Below are positions 59,298 to 64,000 of a DNA stretch of 64,000 nt, piece after piece. Numbering within the stretch: position 1 is the stretch's first letter; every line of letters starts with the position of its first letter. The notes under the pieces are model-generated. The model searched no databases. It saw nothing but the letters and a program-made list of their open reading frames with translations, and was not told where the DNA came from. This DNA comes from Acidocella sp. (lineage in GTDB: Bacteria; Pseudomonadota; Alphaproteobacteria; Acetobacterales; Acetobacteraceae). The stretch spans positions 23,754 to 87,753 of the forward strand of contig NZ_DAIEIF010000037.1 in assembly GCF_027352905.1 (NCBI RefSeq). Reading direction: 5' to 3'. The position numbers and the translations under genes are program-made.

Positions 59298-60554
59298 TCA
59301 AAGCAAATCCCGCAACCGGTACCAGGTGGTGGCGAGGAGCAGCACGGGCGTGCGCAGCAATCTTCCGCCAGGGAAACGCGTATGCGGAATACGGGCGAAG
59401 ATATCGAACCGCTCCGTCTGCCCCGCCACCACCTCGGCCGCGAGCTTGCCTGCGAGGCCGGTAAGCGCCACGCCATGGCCGGAGAAGCCCTGAAAAAACA
59501 GAATATTCGGGGCGAGCCGGCCAAAATGCGGCGCGCGGTTGCGGGTAATGTCCACAAAGCCGCCCCAGGCATATTCGACGCGGCAATCCTCGATCTGGGG
59601 AAACACCGCGATGGCGCGGCGGCGCATCGCCTCGGGCAGGTTGGGCGGCGGCAAGGTGGAATAGGAGACCCGCCCGCCGAACAGCAGCCGGTCATCGGCG
59701 GAGCGGCGGAAATAATCGAGGACGAAGTTAAGATCCGCCACCGCCTCATTGCCGGGAATCAGCCCCGGCACGTCCGCGCGCGGCTCCGTCGCCATGATAT
59801 AGGTTCCAACCGGCATGATATAGCCAGCCAGCCGTTTTTCCAGCCCGCCGAGGTAAGCGCCACCCGCGATGATGAGAAATTTGGCCCTGACCCGCCGCGG
59901 CCCTAAGTGCAGGGTCACTTTGTCGCCGCGCTCCACCCGGGTGACGCGGCTATGCTGAAAGATGCGCGCTCCCGCGCCCTGGGCCGCGCGCGCCAGGCCG
60001 AGCGTGTAATTCAGCGGATGGATGTGACCGGCCAGCCTGTCCTCCAGCGCCGCGAGATAGCGCGGGCTGGCGAGCCGCGCCCGTAATTCCTCGCCCCGCA
60101 ACAGCCGGCCCACTGGCGCGCCCAGCCGCGCCAGCTCCTCCTGCTCTGCCTGCAATTCCCGCACATGCCTGGGTTTGATCGCCGCGTGCAGATAGCCCCG
60201 GTGGGGATCGCACGGAATGCCGTGGCGCTGGATGCGCGCATACAGCGTCTCCACCGCCTCCACCGACATGTCCCAGAGGCGCTTGCTCGCCTCCGGACCC
60301 ACCAGCCGCGCGAGTTTATGCAGGGAGGCGGCAAAACCGGGCAGCGCCTGGCCGCCATTGCGCCCGGAGGCCCCCCAGCCCACCTCCTCGGCCTCCAGCA
60401 GCACCGGCTGGTAACCGCCCTCGGCCAGATGCAGCGCCGCGGAAATACCGGAAAGCCCCCCACCGATGATAGCGACATCCGTCTCGATATCCTGGTCGAG
60501 CGCCGGCGCGGCGAATTCCACCCGCCTCGTCGCCTGATAATAATTCTTTTCCAT
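59298..60554 (-). CDS. puuB: FAD-dependent oxidoreductase, gamma-glutamylputrescine oxidase type
   Basis: IIGGGLSG, WGASGRNGGQ, HPLNY, YFRRSAD.RLLFGG, QGFSGHG; cotranscribed with a GS-like gene. Confidence 0.85.
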   Translation of the reverse strand: MEKNYYQATRRVEFAAPALDQDIETDVAIIGGGLSGISAALHLAEGGYQPVLLEAEEVGWGASGRNGGQALPGFAASLHKLARLVGPEASKRLWDMSVEAVETLYARIQRHGIPCDPHRGYLHAAIKPRHVRELQAEQEELARLGAPVGRLLRGEELRARLASPRYLAALEDRLAGHIHPLNYTLGLARAAQGAGARIFQHSRVTRVERGDKVTLHLGPRRVRAKFLIIAGGAYLGGLEKRLAGYIMPVGTYIMATEPRADVPGLIPGNEAVADLNFVLDYFRRSADDRLLFGGRVSYSTLPPPNLPEAMRRRAIAVFPQIEDCRVEYAWGGFVDITRNRAPHFGRLAPNILFFQGFSGHGVALTGLAGKLAAEVVAGQTERFDIFARIPHTRFPGGRLLRTPVLLLATTWYRLRDLL

Positions 60555-60557
60555 TCC

Positions 60558-61907
60558 CTAGACGTTCAGCAGCAAATGCTCACGCTCCCAGGAGGAGATG
60601 ACCCGCAAATAGGTCTCGTATTCCAGCCGCTTCACCGCCACCAGCACATCGACGAGCTTGCCGCCCAGCGCATCGCGAATCGGCTGGGAGGCTTCCATCA
60701 GATCCAGCGCATGGGAAAGCTCGCGCGGCAAGGTGTATTCCCCCGCATAGGCGGAGCCAATCTGCTCGGGCGTCGCCTGTAAATCCTGAACCATGCCGAG
60801 ATAGCCGCACGCCAAAGTCGCCGCGAAGGCGAGATAGGGATTGGCGTCGGCGCCCGGCACCCGGTTTTCCACGCGCATCGCCGCTGGCTCGCCAAAGGGC
60901 ACGCGCAGGCCGCAGGTACGGTTGTCATATCCCCATTGCAGGTTGATCGGCGCGTTGGAGAAGCGAGTCAGGCGCCGGTAGGAATTCACATTGGGAGCAA
61001 AAATCGGCATGACCGCGGGGATGTATCTCTGCAGCCCGGCCAGATAATTTTTGAACAAGGGGCTGGCTTTGCCGTCCGGCCCGGCAAAGAGGTTCTCACC
61101 GGTTCCGGGGTCCACCACGCTCTGGTGCACATGCATGGCGCTGCCCGGCTCGCCGCCCATCGGCTTGGCCATGAAGGTGGCATAAATGTTGTGGCGCAGC
61201 GCCACCTCCCGCACGGTGCGCTTGAAAAGAAAGACCTGGTCGGCCAGATGCAGCGGATCGCCATGCAGGAAATTAATCTCGACCTGCGCCGCCCCCTCCT
61301 CATGGATCAGCGTGTCGAGATCCATCTCCTGCAAATCGCAGAAATCGTACATCTCCTCGAAAAGCGGGTCGAATTCGTTCACCGCGTCGATGGAATAACT
61401 CTGCCGGCCGCTCTCCTGCCGGCCCGAGCGCCCGACCGGCGGCACCAGCGGATAATCCGGATCGGTATTGCGGGCGACAAGGTAGAATTCCAGTTCTGGC
61501 GCCAGCACCGGCTTCCAGCCTTTCTCCTCGTAAAGTCTCAGAACCCGCTGGAGCACTTGGCGCGGCGCGATCGGCACCGGCTCGCCATTCGCGTATTGGC
61601 AATCATGGATGATCTGGGCCGTCGGCTCGTGTGCCCAGGGCACCAGCCGCACGGTTGAGACATCGGGGATCAGCTTGATGTCGATGATGGCGGGGTCGGT
61701 CAGCTTATCCTGCGGATCGTCCGGATACTCCCCGGTCACCGATTGGATGAAGATCGCCTCCGGCAGGCGGGGGGCGCCGCCCTTGGCGAATTTCTCGGCG
61801 GGCATGATCTTGCCGCGCGGGATGCCGGTGATATCAGGCACCAGGCACTCGACTTCCGTGATGCGGTGTTCGTCGAACCATTCCTTGAGATTGATCTGCT
61901 CGCTCAT
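60558..61907 (-). CDS. puuA: Glutamine-synthetase-family gamma-glutamyl-amine ligase
   Basis: VECLVPDITGIPRGK, APELEFY, HEEGAAQVEINF, PGSAMHVHQS, NSYRR, ENRVPGADANPYL. Confidence 0.85.
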   Translation of the reverse strand: MSEQINLKEWFDEHRITEVECLVPDITGIPRGKIMPAEKFAKGGAPRLPEAIFIQSVTGEYPDDPQDKLTDPAIIDIKLIPDVSTVRLVPWAHEPTAQIIHDCQYANGEPVPIAPRQVLQRVLRLYEEKGWKPVLAPELEFYLVARNTDPDYPLVPPVGRSGRQESGRQSYSIDAVNEFDPLFEEMYDFCDLQEMDLDTLIHEEGAAQVEINFLHGDPLHLADQVFLFKRTVREVALRHNIYATFMAKPMGGEPGSAMHVHQSVVDPGTGENLFAGPDGKASPLFKNYLAGLQRYIPAVMPIFAPNVNSYRRLTRFSNAPINLQWGYDNRTCGLRVPFGEPAAMRVENRVPGADANPYLAFAATLACGYLGMVQDLQATPEQIGSAYAGEYTLPRELSHALDLMEASQPIRDALGGKLVDVLVAVKRLEYETYLRVISSWEREHLLLNV

Positions 61908-62216
61908 GCTATCCTCGCTGGGCCCGGACCCGCCGCTGCCGGCCTCCCTCGACCCGGCGGCCTATCCGTGACTTGTCATTGAAATCGTTTGCTCCCTCGC
62001 CTAAAGGCGAATGGCTGGGGCGGGGATTAAATGTCCCGCCGTCTCGCGATCACGATGAATCAATTCTGAATGGCCCAGCCTTCCAAAGCACGCAAATCCT
62101 CGGTTCTCTGCCGCGGCCAGTCTCGCCCACCGCTCCATACCCGTCAAGAATATTCGTATGGGCGCGGTGCGCGTTGGCCCTTCTTGTTGCCAGGCCGCGA
62201 GAACCCTCATAAATTT

Positions 62217-62232
62217 GTTGAATATACTAAAC
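62217..62232. promoter_or_regulatory. Imperfect palindrome, candidate PuuR operator
   Basis: GTTGAATATACTAAAC (12/16 self-complementary) just upstream of the puuR -10 (TAGGAT). Confidence 0.55.
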
Positions 62233-62247
62233 GCTAGGATGAAGCCC

Positions 62248-62826
62248 ATGTCATTGGCCTTGCAGGATGAGGCTCCGCCCGAGGATATCGGCGCCAGGCT
62301 GAAACTGGTCCGCCAAATTTTCGGCCTTACCCAGCGGGAATTGGCGCGCCGCGCCGGGGTGACCAACGGGGCGATTTCACTGATCGAGCAGAATCGCGTC
62401 AGCCCTTCAATCTCCTCGCTCAAAAAAATCCTGGACGGGGTCCCCCTCTCCCTCGCCGATTTTTTCACTTTGAATTTCGCGCCTACCGATGAGGTCTTCT
62501 TCTCAGGAGATGAGCTGACGGAGATCGCCCACCAGCCGGAAATTTCCATGCGGCTCGTCGGGCGGCGGGCCAAGGGAAGGGCGCTCGGCATGTTACGGGA
62601 GGTCTATCAGCCCGGCGCAGATACGGGCGACACCATGCTGCGCCATGAGGGGGAGGAATGCGGCATCGTCGTCTCCGGCAGGTTGACGGTGACGGTGGGC
62701 CCGCAGGAGCGCACCCTTTTCCCCGGAGATGCCTATTATTTCCGCTCGGATATCCCGCACCGTTTTCGCAATGCCGGTACGGAGCCCTGCGTGCTGATCA
62801 GTGCCAACACGCCCCCGACCTTTTGA
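62248..62826 (+). CDS. puuR: XRE HTH plus cupin regulator (PuuR/PauR-like)
   Basis: IGARLK.VR...LTQRELARRAGVTNGAISLIEQ.RVSPSISSLKKIL; HEGEECGIVVSG, GDAYYF.S..PHRFRN; divergent from puuAB. Confidence 0.88.
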   Translation: MSLALQDEAPPEDIGARLKLVRQIFGLTQRELARRAGVTNGAISLIEQNRVSPSISSLKKILDGVPLSLADFFTLNFAPTDEVFFSGDELTEIAHQPEISMRLVGRRAKGRALGMLREVYQPGADTGDTMLRHEGEECGIVVSGRLTVTVGPQERTLFPGDAYYFRSDIPHRFRNAGTEPCVLISANTPPTF

Positions 62827-62827
62827 C

Positions 62828-62992
62828 ATGGGCATTCATCCCACCGGGGCTGCCTTTTGCGGTGGCATCACCTATTCCTTCGATCACGAACCCGGCGATG
62901 TGGCGGATATCTGTTTCTGCCGGGCGTGCCGCAAGGCCAGCGGCGCGGCGGCGCTGCCCTGCACATCCGCCCGATCATCCAGGGCTGTATGA
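62828..62992 (+). pseudogene. Truncated remnant of a GFA/CENP-V family gene
   Basis: ...FCGGITYSFDHEPGDVADICFCRACRKASG resembles the GFA N-terminus (CxCG..Y..P..CxC..CRK.SG). It stops after 54 aa, and the second Cys cluster is absent. Confidence 0.65.
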
Positions 62993-63147
62993 CATCTGAT
63001 GCAACGCCTATCGCGGAAGCCGACAGTCTCCGCCCTTATTAATGATTTCCTTATATTTTAATCTTCCGCTCATGTTGTCGGGCGAGAGGGGTGATATAGG
63101 CTCGGCCTTAGAAGCCTTACTGATCCCGACCAATAAAGGACCATCCG

Positions 63148-63357
63148 ATGACCAGCCTTGCTTCCCACGGCATTATCCTGTGGGCGGTTCCGCGTTTCCG
63201 CCGGTCGGGGTCATGGCAGGCAAAACCAGGTGAAGCGGATACACTCCTGGCTTCATCATCAGTCGCCCCCGCGCCCGTGGCCGTTCAACCCCAGCCTCCG
63301 GTGGTTTCCGGCGCGGCGGAGCCTGTTATCGCCACCCTCGCATGGCCCGCCGCCTGA
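63148..63357 (+). CDS. Possible 69-aa small protein
   Basis: TTGTCG-N16-TAGGCT upstream, AAAGGA RBS, and a hairpin just after the stop. No recognisable family. Confidence 0.35.
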   Translation: MTSLASHGIILWAVPRFRRSGSWQAKPGEADTLLASSSVAPAPVAVQPQPPVVSGAAEPVIATLAWPAA

Positions 63358-63397
63358 AACGCAAATCAGGCCGGGCTGGCGTCCAGCTCCGGCCTGA
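63358..63397 (-). terminator. Terminator of bdhA (may also limit the convergent small ORF)
   Basis: TCAGGCCGG-GCTGG-CGT-CCAGC-T-CCGGCCTGA; the minus strand continues TTTGCGTTT. Confidence 0.75.
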
Positions 63398-63422
63398 AAT
63401 CAGCCGCGTCAAGCGGGTCCGG

Positions 63423-64000
63423 CTAATGGGCCACCCAACCGCCATCGATGGAGATGGGCGCGCCGGTCATCGTCGCCGCGCCGTCTGAACAGAGAAAGAC
63501 CGTCAGCGCGCCGATCTCCTCCGGCGTCGAAAATGTCAGCATGGGCTGGGTTTCCTGGAGCATCTTCTTCTTCTCCGTCTCCACGTCGGTTCCCGCTTCC
63601 TTGGCGCGGTCCTGCAGCTGCCTTTCCACCAGCGGCGTCAGCACCCAGCCCGGGCAAATGGCATTGACGGTGATCCCGTCATTGGCGGTCTCGATGGCGG
63701 CCACCTTGGTGGCTCCCACCACGCCGTGCTTGGCCGCGACATAGGCCACCTTGTGCGGGCTGGCGACAAGCCCATGCGCGGAGGCGATGTTGATGATGCG
63801 GCCCCATTTCTTCTTCTTCATCACGGGAATCGCCGCCTTCATGCCATAAAACACCGCGGAGAGGTTGATGGAAATGATGGCTTCCCATTTTGCGTCGGGG
63901 AACTCCTCCACCGGGGCGGTAAACTGGATTCCGGCATTATTGACCAATATGTCCAGACCGCCCAGCGCCTCCTGGGTTTTCTGCACCAGCGCCGCCACCT
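63423..64000 (-). CDS. bdhA: 3-hydroxybutyrate dehydrogenase (SDR), 5' end outside the window
   Basis: NNAGIQFTAPVEEFP..KW, GRIINIASAHGLVAS.HKVAYVAAKHG, NAICPGWVLTPLV, DGGWVA. Confidence 0.92.
   Translation of the reverse strand, partial: VAALVQKTQEALGGLDILVNNAGIQFTAPVEEFPDAKWEAIISINLSAVFYGMKAAIPVMKKKKWGRIINIASAHGLVASPHKVAYVAAKHGVVGATKVAAIETANDGITVNAICPGWVLTPLVERQLQDRAKEAGTDVETEKKKMLQETQPMLTFSTPEEIGALTVFLCSDGAATMTGAPISIDGGWVAH

Noticed and set aside
59269-59299. FNR/FixK box or terminator between puuB and usp
   Set aside because: No TTGAT-N4-ATCAA match; only an imperfect hairpin without a U-tract.

Overview
High-GC alphaproteobacterial chromosome segment. Gene content and protein style suggest Acetobacteraceae, possibly an acidophilic Acidocella-like lineage (inference, not searched). 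It is mostly core genome: 3' end of alaS, a stand-alone fusA, rpsD, rnr, rpmG, the rpiB-glyA-nrdR-ribD-ribE-ribB(X)-ribH-nusB-thiL cluster, hemB, sodB, rpsT-dnaA-dnaN, hslO, hldE, uvrB, eipB, gcdH-like acyl-CoA dehydrogenase, purF, lptFGD-surA, a cyoABCD quinol oxidase, degP, a puuA/puuB/puuR gamma-glutamylation module and the 3' part of bdhA. I see no rRNA, tRNA, CRISPR array, transposase or integrase. Accessory or unexplained material: (i) two tandem GT-C-type membrane glycosyltransferase genes between alaS and fusA; (ii) a 1424-aa surface-type protein with a Hint (BIL-type) domain, a perfect 9-7-9 palindrome in its promoter, and a 3' end overlapping the rpsD promoter; (iii) a cryptic ~92-aa gene divergent from uvrB, with clean promoter and RBS, LexA-like repeats over its -35, and an apparent single-G frameshift; (iv) a structured ~200-nt leader ahead of puuA; (v) a decayed GFA-family gene and a possible unannotated small gene near the right end; (vi) a recurring promoter geometry implying many leaderless mRNAs. 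I cannot demonstrate a complete new multi-gene system. Items ii-iv are the best leads. All family assignments come from motif recognition by eye, without database searches.
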